Source: the human T2T-CHM13v2.0 reference genome, Homo sapiens. From it: a stretch of DNA of 64,000 nucleotides. The stretch lies in the NCBI RefSeq assembly GCF_009914755.1, contig NC_060926.1, one strand, 5' to 3'. Under the pieces are notes generated by a model. The model saw only the letters and a list, made by a program, of their open reading frames with translations, was not told where the DNA came from and ran no database searches. Position numbers and translations under genes: made by a program. How positions within the stretch are numbered: position 1 is the first letter of the stretch; each line of letters starts with the position of its first letter. Shown here piece by piece: positions 1 to 17,079 of the stretch.

Positions 1-273
1 TCTTGTCGCCCAAGCTGGAGTGTAGTGGCATGATCTCAGCTCATTGCAACCTCTGCCTCCCGGTTCAAGTGACTCTCATGCCTCAGCCTCCTGAGTAGCT
101 GGGATTATAGGTGCATACCACGCTGCCTGGCTAATTTTTGTATTTTTAGTAGAGATGGGGGGGGGGGTTTCACCATGTTGGCCAGGCTGGTCTTGTACCC
201 CTGAACTCAAGTGATCCGTCTGCCTCAGCCTCCAAAGTGCTGGGATTACAGGTGTGAGCCACTGTGCCTGGCC
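1..273 (-). mobile_element. Alu (AluS-like), cut by window start
   Basis: Antisense Alu consensus (gctggagtgtagtggc...gagccactgtgcctggcc). Confidence 0.95.
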
Positions 274-317
274 AGGATGAGAGCATTTTTGATACTCATA
301 TTAAGACTGCCTCCTAG

Positions 318-688
<371 letters not shown>

Positions 689-1859
689 GACAAAACACTC
701 TTGACAATAAATTAATGGGGGAGAGCTCTGCTGGAGATTGAAGCAGAACAGGACCATGAGAAGAAAGGACAGTTTAATGCCAAAATTCTACCAAATACAA
801 AATTCTTTTTTGAAATGGAATGATTGCATAGCGATAAAAATAGCAATCAGGAACAATTAAATGAACTTGGAGCCCTTCATGTACTTGAAGAAACACCTGT
901 AATTTACTATATGGGAACAGCCAAAAGGATAATTATTTAAGCAGCTAAATTAAGGCTTGTTTCTTAACTTTTGATAAATGTGATCTCTTACAAATTCTCA
1001 AAGTAGAGAAGGATATTTTATTATACAGCTGTCTAAAATATTGGTTAAAGAGAACTCTTTTGTTTTAACTTATAGTTAACTTTTTTAAAAAATTATGGTT
1101 AACTTTTAACTTTCAACTACCAATAGTTCATATTTATAGTTGACTTTTGTAAGTTTTTAAACTGAAAAATAAACTTTTAACTATCAATATGACCAATGTA
1201 AATGTGAACTATATGCTTGGATGCAAAGCAGTTCATTAATTCTAATGGTATTGCACATTAATCTTGGCTTCAACACAGTCCAAAACTTGCCTAAGCCCTG
1301 TTGGTTGCTGGGGAGTTTTTGATTCTTGTGTATGTGTCTAATTTACTAATGAACCTTGGTGTCATTTAGGGCTGAACCAAGAGCATCTGAACGGGTCTGG
1401 CCGATCCCAGGCAGCTGGGGAAGGACACCTCGGTGTACTGAGCAGAGCTGGAAGAACACCAGCGCTGGGATGAGTCAGATACTCTCAGAGTGTGTAGTGA
1501 GTCAGAATCAGTGCCCCCACTCCCCTAGCTGTAGCAAAAAAACAAAAAATAAAAAGGAAAAGAAAAAAGGAAGGTATTAAAGGACACACCACAAACCCCC
1601 TCCCCGTGACCCTTCGTACCCTGAGTGTTGTGGACCCTGCCTATTCCAAGGAGGCACAGACCAGAGGCCATAATGTAAGCGATGGCCAGAGGTGAAACCA
1701 GCAAATCCAACCTCAACCCTAACTCTGACATGATGGACAGCAAGAAAGGGGACAGGTGGGCCAGCACCTGTCACTGGGGTGTCATCATCAGTGATGCATC
1801 TTGGGGAATCTGCAAGTGATCTTGGGAGCTGGGAATGCACCAGAATATGTGAGCTCTGG

Positions 1860-2105
1860 TGTCTTAGAGACTTTGGTTTAAATGTAAATCCTTTCTTTGT
1901 CATTAAGTGGGTGTTACTGGGACAAGTCTCTTAAACTCTGAGACACACATCCCTAATCTGAAGGTGATAATGTCCTTTCTCACTAGGTGGTTGGTTTGGT
2001 GGGGGTGGGGGGTACAGATTGCTAAAGATGATTTCATGCTTTCACTTAGCTCAACTCTGGGCCTGACATGAATGAGGTACTCCATAAATACTTGCTGAAT
2101 AAATG
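1860..2105 (+). mobile_element. MIR fragment ending in an L2/MIR-type tail
   Basis: ggacaagtctcttaaactctgag core and terminal ataaatacttgctgaataaatg. Confidence 0.55.
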
Positions 2106-3171
2106 TCTAAGTGATGCCACCACTAGATCACCCAGCTGAGGCTGTGCTTGACACCTGGTTGACATGTTTTCCAGGACACGGTCTCTTAAGACCCTGTTGC
2201 CTATCCCCTGGAGATCAGGAGCAGAGTCTGTTTCCTCATCTGGGAATATTCTGTGTCCTATAGAGAAAGCTTATGCAGAAAAGTTACACATGGAAACATC
2301 TCAAGTATTCAAAAGCACTGTTCAATAATCTACAGACATGCACAGTGTTCATGAAAATGACTCTCCTAGCCAATACGCCACTGGTGAATATTAGTATCTT
2401 GGTGATGAGGAACCAGAGGCTTTTGAGGCTTATTTCAGTATTTGTGCTCATTTTTGGAGAAATACCATCCAACATTCTTTTGACCAAATTTTACTGAAAG
2501 CTTCTCCTCTGCAAGGTTTTGTTTTAGGTCCACCCAACAGAAAGAATTACAAGATAAGGCTCAGAAGCCCTATCTAAAGCCTGCAATCTAAAGCCTGCAA
2601 TGACCGCACGGATGCCTGTAGTCCAGGGTCAAGCTGTGGAACAAGAAGCCTGAAGACAGAGTTGTGAGACTGTCTCATTAATTTTTGTAATTCTCACTGG
2701 GTCTATTGTTCTGTCACACAAAAAATAATGGTCATAATCATGATGATGATGAGGATGATAATGGTAATAATGTAATTGCAAACATCCCGAGTGCTTCCTA
2801 TATGCCAAACACTGTGCTAAGAGCTCCATGCATTCACATGTTGCTTCATTTAAGTTTTACAACTCTGTCGGGTAGCTTCTCTTTTAAACTTGATTACAGA
2901 TAAGAGAATTAAGGCAAAACTTTTCTCTGGAAGATGCAGAAGACATCTGTTTGCTTGTTCATCTGAGTTTCAGCATCATATAAAAATTTGGGAAACAAAA
3001 ATGGAATAAAAAATGTCATGTTTCTAGATGGTGCTAGAAAGTAGATGTTGAGGGAAAAGAAGAAGAAAACTAATATTATTTGAATATTATGATGTGCCAA
3101 GCACCTTTACACATATGATTTTGTTTAATCTTAATTTTGCAGATGAAAAAAATAGAAGATTAGAGAGTTAA

Positions 3172-3574
<403 letters not shown>

Positions 3575-4923
3575 TGACATTTTTAAAACTTTGGGGCTGT
3601 AACAGTAAAATGGAGATTCAAAGCCTGACCACCTACCCCCAAGGATGTTTTAAGAAATCATGTGAAGTAATCGAGGTGTTTGACAAAAATGAAATAGGCA
3701 TGGATATTGAGAGCAAATAATCCAAATTTGAATGAAGGAGATATGAGCATAACTATGATACAAAATGTTAGGCGTCATTATACTTGTTTGAGCAAAATGC
3801 CTGCAGCACAGAAAAGAGTTATTGCTGTTGCCTGGGTGAGCCATGGAAGAGCCCACAGAGAAAGTGACATTTGAGCTAAGCTCAAATGAGGAGGGTTTCA
3901 TTAGGTTAAAAAAAGAAAAACAAATAGGGAAGTTGAGGAAGGGCATTTTAAGGAGAGGCCACAGTGGAGGCAAAGGAATGGAGGTGTGAGAGCTTGTGAT
4001 ATGTCCAGGGCGCAGTGAGCTGTAGAGAATGCCAGAGGACCATGTGCCCTGGGATTGGCAGACGGCGAGCCTGGCATGACTGGACCAGATTTAGAAGGGC
4101 CTTGAATGCCACCCTGAGGCCTTTGCATTTAATTCTGTAGGCAACTGGGAGCCACCAAGGGTGATTACCCAAAGAATCCATAAGGACAAAGAGTCTGAAC
4201 AGGGCCTTTTGCCATTCTGTTCTTGTGATGATCACAAAGTCCCATGTTCAGAACATCACAGTCTGTTGCCATGGAAATAGTAATGGGCCTCACTATGGGA
4301 ATAAATTATCCTCATCATTATACCTTTCTTCCAAGGAACTCAAAGTGTTTGTTGTATGTGTTTTCTTTTCTTTCTTTCTTTCTTTTTTTTAAATAGAAGC
4401 ACCAGATGGTGGTTAAGGGAAAGAAGAAAGCCTAAAGACTGTTGAATTAAAGGAGATTTCAAAGGAATGGAAGGAAAAACACAAGTTGAATTTTGAAAGG
4501 TTTAATCAAAACAGATGGCAGAATATCTCAGCCTGAGGGAAGGGGAAAACTGTCTCAGAAGCCATCTGATTTAGGAGCTTCTTCACCCTGGCTTCCTGGG
4601 TCCCTGTCTGCTCCCGCCTGCAGGCTGACTGTTCAAACTGGTTAATGAGGAAGGAAAGGTGTGTGTGTGCACACGCATGCATGTGTGTACCAGATAATAG
4701 ATATGCCAGACACAAGAATTAACATTGTCAAAATGCCCTTTTAATTAGAGTTCTATAAATACTGTTTATTATGCATGGAATCTTTATTTTCAGATTGATT
4801 TTTTTTAATAATCAACAAAGTTTTATTATCTTCACAAAATTGTATCTGCTGTTTCCACTCGGGGTAGAAGAAGGAAACTATTGTTTGTGCTTATCTAATT
4901 TGCACACACTTTCCTGTATCACT

Positions 4924-5539
<616 letters not shown>

Positions 5540-7039
5540 AAGTATCATCCCATTTTAATTCATCGCTCAGGATAGAATAATCCTATCATTATTCCTTGTT
5601 ACAGAGGTAGGCCCACAGAAATTGCAAATATTGCCCACGTTATTTCTAAGTGGCAGATAAGTAGGAGAGCCCTGATCTGAACTGTGGTCAGCTCAGGCTC
5701 CTTCCAAAACTCTGAGACTTCTGGACCTGACACTCCAAACTGAGAGAATCTGAGCAAGTTACTCATTCTGCCTGAGCCTCAGTTTCCTCTATAGGATGGG
5801 AAAGCAATGCCTTCTCCAGCATTCTTCCTTTAGCGGCATGGGTATGGAATAGAACTTGAGTCTGAAGAATGGTAGACAGTTCTGGTATCCTGTGCACCTC
5901 ATTTGAGACCTCTGTGCCCCTGTCTTGCCAGGCTGCCCACGTTATTTTGAGTGGGCAACTCAAGTTCTAAGGATTGAAATAGTTTTTTTTTTTAATTATA
6001 AAATGCAAAAGGCAGGAAGAAGTTAGGGCATTGGGGTGCCAGAGAGGTTACATTTAAATAACAAGTATTTAATGAGTGTCTACTAAGTGCCTTCACTGTG
6101 TTAGTTTGTGGGGATACTAAAATAAGCAAAACGCACAGGGCCCAGCTACCCTAGAGGGCTTAGACAAAGAGCAGGCATGCGAGGATTTCTACGTGGAAGC
6201 TGCATTTGAAATGAGGTTTTAGCCATTATCCTCCATGAAAGACAGCTTCCTAAACTGATATCTTATTCCGTCTTCAAGGAAGGAAGGAAAAGCATGTTTT
6301 TCTTAACCTGCTCTAACAATCTTAGGCATCCATCCCCACTCCCTGTTCTCCCCAATACAGATCATCCTTATCACATACAATGCTTTTCAGCCTCCTGAAT
6401 ATTCTTGGTTTAGATATGAGCCTCAAATTAGATGGATCAGAGTAAAAATGCTTGAGGATGAATTCTTTATCATTCTACTGTTTATGGACAGCCCTACTGC
6501 ATAGAAATGCACTGCTGGCTGATAACCCAACTGTCTGGCTGCAGATTGTGGTTTTACTGTGAGTAGGAAGGGGAAGAGAGCAGGGCGAGGTAGCTGCTGC
6601 AAAAGAGGAGCAGAGTGAGTACACAGAACCCCAGCCCCCAGGGTTCCCGGCTCATCTGCAGCCTGATCTCAAATCCTTCCAACCTGCCACAGCTCAAAAG
6701 GGGAACACTTTTCCATAAAAAGCCATGCCTTTTGGTTTGAATGTTTCTCCAACACACGCTGTCTCTAAAGTGCTTGGTTTTCTCTGCTCACCGACTTTGA
6801 TTCACCTTACACAGTTCTGCGCACGACTACATTTTACTAAAGCTTAAGTGAATTCGAAAGAGTTTCTTACCCAATGTCGTTGGGTATTGGGGTTGGTGGG
6901 AACATAAAAGAACCTTTTCTGAGGAGGAGGACTGAGGTTGGAACCAGTGATGCACATCCCAAACGGCTACAAAATGCCAGGAAGTCTTTAGAGAACTGAG
7001 AAAAACCAAAACCAAACAGGGCTTAGAAAACCTGGAAAG

Positions 7040-7365
7040 GGCCGGACGTGGTGGCCCACGCCTGCAATCCCAGGGCTTTGGGAAGCCAAGGTGGGCAGAT
7101 GGCTTGAGCTCAGGAGTTCAAGACCAGCCTGCACAACATGGCGAAACCTTGTCTCTACTAAAAATACAAAAATTTAGCTGTGTGTGGTGGTGTGTGCCTG
7201 TGGTCCCAGCTCGGGAAGCTGAGGCGGGAGCATCACCTTGAGCCCCGGAGGTTGAGGCTGCTGTGAGCCATGATAGCCATGACAGAGTGCTCCTCCACAC
7301 TCCAGCTTGAGTGACAGAGCGAGACCTCATCTCTAAAAAAAATTTAAAAAAAGAAAAGAAAAGAA
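7040..7365 (+). mobile_element. Alu (AluJ-like) with TSD
   Basis: ggccggacgtggtggc start, A-rich tail, TSD agaaaacctggaaag on both sides. Confidence 0.93.
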
Positions 7366-7379
7366 AACCTGGAAAGACA

Positions 7380-7830
7380 ATGATGAGAAGCAGCAGTTGG
7401 GAGCAGAGAAGAGAAAGTGATCAGGAGAAATGCAGAAGAGACAGAGACCATTATGAGGGTCTCCTGGATTTTTATGGCCGTCTCAGCTTCATTCTAGAGC
7501 AAGAATAGATGGACTTCAGTAGAATTGGCCATGGCCATGGAAAGGATTTTGGATTTTATTTTAGGGTTCATTGGATTGGATGTTGGGAGTCGAGGAGAAG
7601 GAGGACTCAAGGACGTCAAGTTGAGCAACCGATGGTGCCATTTATGGAGAGGAAGGCCAGGGTCAAGAGAATCTAAAAAATGTCATTTTGCCATTGTAAA
7701 TTTGAGTTGTGTTTGGATGCAGGAGTCTGAAACTCAGAGGAGAGGTTCGAATTGGAGAAACGAATTTGGGAGTTGCCGACACATAGATTCTTAACGCCAT
7801 AGGAATGGAGGTAATCATCCAGGAAGACAG
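7380..7830 (-). mobile_element. L2 fragment (degenerate)
   Basis: Purine-rich pattern typical of antisense L2 (ggattggatgttgggagt...gatggtgccatttatggaga...aatttgggagttgcc). Confidence 0.55.
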
Positions 7831-8784
7831 TCCTTCTCATAACCTGCGTTTTAAAAGGGAGAAAATTGAAGCTGGGAGAGGTCCAAAAGCTTGTTAAATA
7901 GACCCATTTTGCCACCAGTGAATGATGGAACCAAGATTCAAACCAGGGGCCACAGTGGGTATAGAGTAGCTACTATTATTGCTGTTGTTGTTCTTGTTGT
8001 CATGGCTATTATTTCTTGCTGAGGTTAAGAGCTTGGCTCCATTACATTTATGTAAAACCAGCTTAGCTCCCTAAACAGCCCCATAAAATTCCTCTGTGAT
8101 GATACTCCAGTGCCCTGGGAAATCCTAAGGCTCTGCCTCCCACCTGTCATTCGAAATTGCTTGTCCTGTCCTGGGAGCTCCAGTTCCTGTTCCACTGCCC
8201 AGCACCTGGTTATTTCTGCCATGTTTCCCAGATCCTTTGGCCTGACACTTCAGTGGGACTCTCTGTGTGGCATGCACCCAGCTTTGCCCATGGGTGCTAT
8301 CTTTCCCTTGGCTCCATCAATTACAACCCATGAGCCAGTTGTGCCTCATCTCTGAGGCCACTCCTGGCTCTCAGATCCCTAAAGCAAGTATGGTTCCCTG
8401 TGTACTTGCCGGTCCAGGAGGAAAGTTCAGGCAGTATCTTGGCTCTGTCTTTCAATCTATTCTTTCCGTTAAAGGCATCCTGGATATTCTTCTTAGGCCT
8501 ACCTTATTTTTCCAGACTTGAGCTAATCTAATAAGATATTCATTCCATTGTCTTGCCTCTTCTGAGCCTTTTCTTGCTTTTCTCTTCCATTCTTCCCTTA
8601 TAGTCTTTAATGCTTTTTAAAAAAACCTACTTTACCTCCTTCTTGTTTTAAGGTGTGCTTGTTTTTTTTTTTGTTTTTGAAGACCTTTCACCACTTCATT
8701 CCTAGGTATTGCTTTCTCCCACACCATGCCTGATTTTTCCTAGCTTCAACGTTAAAAAAAAATAGTTTAATCTTCATTGTTACC

Positions 8785-9087
8785 TTTTTTTTTTTTTTCT
8801 GAGACAGAGTCTCACTCTGTCGCCCAGGCTGCAGTGCAGTGTTACTATCTTGGCTCACTGCAGCCTCCATCTCCGCCTCCTAGGTTCAAGCAATTCTCCT
8901 GCCTCAGCCTCCCCAGTTGCTGGGACCACAGGCATGCACCACCTTGCCTGGCTAATTTTTGTATTTTTAGTAGAGATGGGGTTTCACCATTTTGGCCAGG
9001 CTGGTCTCAAACTCCTGGCCTCACATGATCTGGCCGCCTTGGCCTCCCAAAGTGCTAGGATTACAGGTGTGAGCCACAACACCTGGC
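8785..9087 (-). mobile_element. Alu (AluS-like)
   Basis: Antisense Alu dimer after poly-T. Confidence 0.94.
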
Positions 9088-9222
9088 TACCACTACCATT
9101 TGACATTGGCTAATTCTACCTTGCTCTGGGGTATCTTATCAAAATTCATGAGTATTGTTTGGGAGAGGGCTAGGATTTAATCCTCCACTTTTCCTCCATT
9201 GCTAAGAGATCTTCAGGTATAA

Positions 9223-9667
<445 letters not shown>

Positions 9668-9983
9668 GAGAATGACAACCTTTTAACTTGAATAATGAGC
9701 CTGAGAATTCACAGAACCTAAATATCAGTTTGTAAGATTCCTGGGGGCCCACTGACCTCTATATTCTTTCTGGAAATAATATGAAGAAATAAGGTCAGCA
9801 AAAACTCAAAACAGAAGGTTTATAGGGCTTCCTTGTTGAGAATTGATGCTGCTATTATTCAAAAGGTGAGGTTTCCCTGTGCCTTCATCCAGTAATTCTC
9901 AACCAGGGGCACTCTTGACACTTAGGGGAAATATAAGAATTCCCAGGTGCAGGGGAGGGCATAGTTTGAAAAATATTGATTGA

Positions 9984-10345
<362 letters not shown>

Positions 10346-10424
10346 ACTAGAATATATTTTTTAATATTTGAAAAATAAATGAGACATTTTGTTTTCATCA
10401 TGTGAATTAAAGAAAGTAAAACTG

Positions 10425-10945
<521 letters not shown>

Positions 10946-11002
10946 TAAAACTGGACATATGCAGAAAATAAAATAATCTCAATAGAGAGGCCAGGGAGAG
11001 GG

Positions 11003-11071
11003 AAATGTTTTTCTAACTTTTTTGTTGTGAACCACAGTAAGAAATACATTTTACATCTTCACTCAGTACAC

Positions 11072-11107
<36 letters not shown>

Positions 11108-11222
11108 TAAAACAACCAAAACATCTTTTTTAAAATAACAGTACATACTATTCTTTTTAAAAAATGCTGGTCATGACCATCCAAATTGATTTCATGACCT
11201 ACAGTTTGAAAAACATTGCCCT
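11003..11222. mobile_element. hAT-Charlie-type MITE containing a (TG)n microsatellite
   Basis: TIR-like ends aatgtttttctaactt / agtttgaaaaacatt; internal ccacagtaagaaatacattttacatc; (TG)15 at 11074-11103. Confidence 0.6.
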
Positions 11223-12972
11223 GAGGTGATAGGTGATAGTGTCAGAATCTTGGGAGAGGGTAAGATTTTTAAGTTTATCAAAAAAGCAGCATTTTTCAAA
11301 CAGTTGACCATGTCCTTAAGAGTGCAGACTTACTTTTCTTTTTATTTTCTTTAGGGCCTCTGCTATATTTCTTTCTTTTATTCCTGCTTACATGGACAAT
11401 TGAGTGAGATTGCAAAACCAGGTTACTACAGCATGTGGAAATCTTAGATGATATACTACATGAAGTTGGTAAGTCGCAGGTACATGGTTCCATTGTTTTA
11501 ACTTAAATTAATCTAACAACCTATTAAAAGCTTGTTTAATAAATAGTTTATCATGTGGTTTTTAGTTCTATCAGGTCAATTTTACCCCCCATTCTAAATG
11601 CAGGTCCAGTTCTTAGCTCACCTGGCTCACAGGGAAGCAAAGTCCTATTTTCCCTACATACTTGAGACTTCATCCTCCCATACAGGATCGGTCACATTCC
11701 ACTCAGTCTCTTGAAATCCCAAGCAGTGATATTCTCTCGTCACCTCCACCCACCCGTGCATCAACATACCTTGCAACTGGCTTCTCTTGCTGGCCTTCTA
11801 CTTAAACTGCTTTTAAAGTAAAGCCCTTTCTAAGAGTGACTTTCTAATCTTTTCTCCTAGATCCTGATCTCACAGCTCCTATATTCTGCTTCTTCCTACA
11901 GATCCATTTCCTGTCTATTGGCAGCTTCGTCTGCATTATCATTGTTTCTTGTCTCTTGAACTTTGGTTGGCAACTTGCAATCCTTTTGACTTCAGCCACC
12001 ACTGCTTTGTTTTTTCCTCAGTCCTAAGTCCTGAGAGAGGGAAAGCAACTTGCTTAGCTCACATTTCGCACCAGATGGCCCCAGGCCGGGGGCCCCCTCT
12101 TTCTTCAGTCATTCATTTTTTGGTTACTTTTGGAGGGAGATGTGGTGTGGCATCTCCAGGGAACTTACTCAAGAAGAGGTAGTTGGGAGAGAAGGTAGAA
12201 AATGGGTTATCTCTAGCTGAACTTCAGGTTCAACGTCATCTTTATTTTGATCTACAGAGTCCTAGTAGATGACAATACAGGTCTATACACAAGTGATAAA
12301 TTGTGCAATCAACCAATTCATCCATTTCACAAATGGGAGTGATTGTTTGCTTTATGAAGTGAACTCTTACTTTATATGAGGAACCATCATGGGATTCCTT
12401 CAAACAGCAAATTCTCTTTTCATATATACAAAATGATTTATTTTACAAAGGGTGATTACCTGTGGCTTTCTCTCAGGAAAAGGAAGTGAGGTGTCTTCCA
12501 TCACAATCATATGCCTTACAGTTTTGATACAATACTCAGTCCAGTTCATTGATTTCCATTCTTAAGTACATAAAAATCTTTTTTCTCCCTGGTTTATTTA
12601 TAGTTGCATCCCATGGACAAATATCCTTTACTCAACATCTCCTTTTACTTTCTTACATTTATCTTGGCTTTCTTTTCCTTTTTTCTGTTTACTCCTACAC
12701 CATTTCCCCTTCCCATTTTAGTCAAATTTGCTTTTGCTCTTTTTGTGCACTTCATAGGTGGACATCCAAGGACATTGATGAATGAAGCTCCAGTCAAGGG
12801 TCTGTAGTGTTAAGGCAGCCACATCCAGGCTCTCATAGCACAGAAATACCAGTAACGCTATTGCTCAGGTGTGCTGCGTATGCTTATTCTACTATGCAAG
12901 TGATTATATGCCTCAGTTCCACAGTTGACCTTATATCCCAAATCAGCTCAATAAATTAGAATACTTGGCCCC

Positions 12973-13577
12973 TTTTTTTTAACTTTTATTTTAGGTTCAG
13001 GGGACATGTGCAGGTTTGTTATATAGGTAAACTTGTGTTATGGGGGTTTGTTAAATAGATTATTTTGTCACCCAGGTACTAAGCCTAGTACACAATAGTT
13101 ATTTTTTCTGATCCTCTCTCTTCCCACCCTCCACCCTCAAGTAGGCACAAGTGTCTGTTGTTTCCCTCTTTATGTCCATGTGTTCTCATCATTTAGCTCC
13201 CACTTCTGAGTAAGAACATCTGCTATTTGGTTTCCTGTTCCTGCATTAGTTTGCTAAGGACAATGGCTTCCAGCTCCATCCATGTTCCCACAAAGGACAT
13301 GATCTTGTTCTTTTTTATGGCTGCATAGTATTCCATGGGACGTTCATACACTGTTAGTGAGAGTGTAGCTCAACTGTTGTGGAAAGCAGTGTGGCAATTC
13401 CTCAAAGAGCTAAAAGCAGAACTACCATTCAACCCAGCAATCCCATTACTGGGTATATACCCAAAGGAATACAAATTATTCTACCATAAAGACACATGCA
13501 TGTGTATGTTCATTACAGCACTATTCACAATAGCAAAGACATGGAATCAACCTAAATGCCCATCAATGACAGATTAG
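12973..13577 (-). mobile_element. Truncated L1PA-type element with 5' inversion
   Basis: Antisense L1 3' end 12973-13338, sense ORF2 C-terminal segment ~13340-13577 ([31 protein letters not shown]), near-perfect TSD. Confidence 0.9.
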
Positions 13578-15360
13578 ACTTGGCCTCTTATGGAAACATA
13601 TTTTGTTGTTGTTGTTTTTGTTGTATATAATGGCCCTGACTCATTAACTCCTTAAGTCATTCCCCACGTTAGCTAGTTTTCTGTTATCTTCACTTTGATG
13701 TTAAGCCAACATCTTAGCATATTTAAAATTGAATTTCTCATACTCTTAGTCACATTATATTCCCTTTCCAGCTTCCTTACTGATAATGATGATGATGAAC
13801 ATTACTGCCTTTCACTTGTCCAGCACATTGCAGCTTTCCTGCACATCATCTTATTTGTGCCTTACAAAACCACTATGTGGTGAGCAGAGACACTTTACAA
13901 ATGAGAAGAGTGGGCTAAGAGGGGTTAAGTCACTTGTTCAAAGTGGTAGGGACAGGTCTTCTCACTCTCGGTCCTATGCCTTAAGCTCAGAGGCACTACC
14001 CTGCTTCTCAAGCTAATAACCTCATCATTCTTTCTGTTCCTTTTTCTCTTGCACGTCCCATGTCTAACTCATCAAAAACTTATCCTAATTTTTTCTTCTA
14101 CAATGTCTCATACTTGCCATTATCAAAGCAGTTAAACAACTGCCTTCTTGGTTCAGGCCCTCATCTGCTCATTTGTGAGTCACTGCAAGCATCTCCTGTT
14201 TTCCACATTTCTGTTCTTTTCTGCTCTAATTCATCCAAAAGGCATTGGTTAGAATATTGTTTATTTTGCATATTTTCTCTCTTTCATATCTTCTTCCCTT
14301 TTTTTGGAATGAAGGGTCCACATAGCAGTTGTTGGGACAGCTAGTAATTACCTTAGTAATTCCCATGCCCCACTTGAATAGCAAATATCTGTGGATAATT
14401 GGAAAAATAATGTATGAAGATGCTGCTCTCATGGTATCACTCCCTTGTGGCCCATATCAGTTTTCTATTTCCTGTTCTGGAAAATGCAATCCCTGCAGGC
14501 CCTATATCCAAGACTGTCTATTAACTGAATTTGCAGACCCTGCCCTAAGTACCAAGGTGATGTAGTATTTATGCCATCTGTCTGAAATTCAAGGGTGCTT
14601 GTAGCCAGGGGACTACCTTCAGGGGAATAAGTGATGTATAGCTATAAATTTTGGTGATGCCAGAAGTAGCCCAAATAATATGAAAAGAAGCAACATGTAC
14701 TGTGTACCTTTTTGATGCCACCAACAACTCTGGTATTTTACCTACTTTATCTAATTGAATGCCAACATCAACCCTGCAAAGCAGAAAAGCACAGGGGTGG
14801 GGTGCAGGGAATCCCAGCTAGGCCGACAAACCTAGGTTCAGCCCAGAGTTCTGACAGATCTATAAATGTCTGGAAGTCTGTTGGGAGGGAATCTATTTGC
14901 TTCAAGAATCAAGGAAGTCCAGAGAAAGAGCTCATTCTAAGGACAATGGGGCAAATTTGGGTGAAAGTGGGAGGGATGTCATGAATATTGTAAGCTGCTT
15001 GTCGCTAACATTATATGCTGTCTCTGCTCTGGGGATTTCTGCCTTAGTCTAGTGAGATTGAATAAAAGAATAGAAGCAAACAAACAAAGCCACTGCAATT
15101 GAAAGCTATTAAGGCAAGATAGTATGACCTGGAGCACCCTTGCTGGGCAGCGTACGTGGCAGAGCCATGGGGCTCTGGAAGGAACCGAGAGCACGTAGTG
15201 ATCTGGGAGCATGAAGGCATTGGGAACCTGTAGCCTCAGCCCAACCCTTGACCATCTGGCCACTCCAGGGTGCCAGAGGCAGAAAACAGGGAAATGGAGA
15301 CGCTATTGGCTGCTTGGACAAATATAGTGCTTTAAGAATACATTTTAAAAAAGAAGAAGA

Positions 15361-15761
<401 letters not shown>

Positions 15762-15814
15762 CTATTTCAGAAATATTAGTGAGGAAGCAGGACCAGGGAA
15801 ATGATAACTATTAA

Positions 15815-16088
15815 AAAAATTTTTTTTTTAAATAATAGAGACAGGTTCTTGTTATGTTGCCCAGCCTGGTCTTGAACTTCTGGACTCAAGCAATCCTCCT
15901 GCCTCAGCCTCCCAAGTAGCTGGGACTACAGATGCAGGCCACCACGCCCAGTTAATTTTTAAATTTTCTGTGGTGATGGGGGTCTCATTATGATGCCCAG
16001 GCTGGTCTTGAACTCCTGGGCTCAAGCAATCCTTCTGCCTCAGTCTGCAAAATTCTGAGATTACAGGCATGAACCACTGAGCCCAGCC
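15815..16088 (-). mobile_element. AluJ-like element
   Basis: Antisense Alu with J-type ctcaagcaatcctcctgcc in both arms. Confidence 0.85.
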
Positions 16089-16416
16089 ACTATTATTATT
16101 TTTGTCGGCATAATTTCAGCTACTACCTATTCTCACATCTGGCTAGTATGGCCTGGGAAGCAGATCACAAGTATATTTTCATCTCCGTTATACATGACAA
16201 ATTGAGCCTTGAGAAATTTAAGTAACTTGTCTAAATTAATACAATTACGAAGTGGCAGAGCTCGGGTTAGGATTCTGGTCTTTTTTATTTCAATGCCCAT
16301 GTTCTTCCCACTACATTATTTATTCAACAAACATTTATCGAATGCCCACTATGAGTCACTCACAAGAGGCAATAAGGAACAAAAAAGCCCCTGCCCACAT
16401 GAACCTTACATCCAGT

Positions 16417-17066
<650 letters not shown>

Positions 17067-17079
17067 AAACATACTCCTA

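Noticed and set aside
2572-2601. 14-bp tandem duplication (tctaaagcctgcaa)x2
   Set aside because: Ordinary slippage-type duplication with no further structure.
12066-12085. CTCF-like gcaccagatggcccc
   Set aside because: Mismatches at informative positions; not distinguishable from chance without ChIP data.
13335-13577. 80-aa ORF resembling a real protein
   Set aside because: L1 ORF2 C-terminal fragment within the inverted L1 segment.
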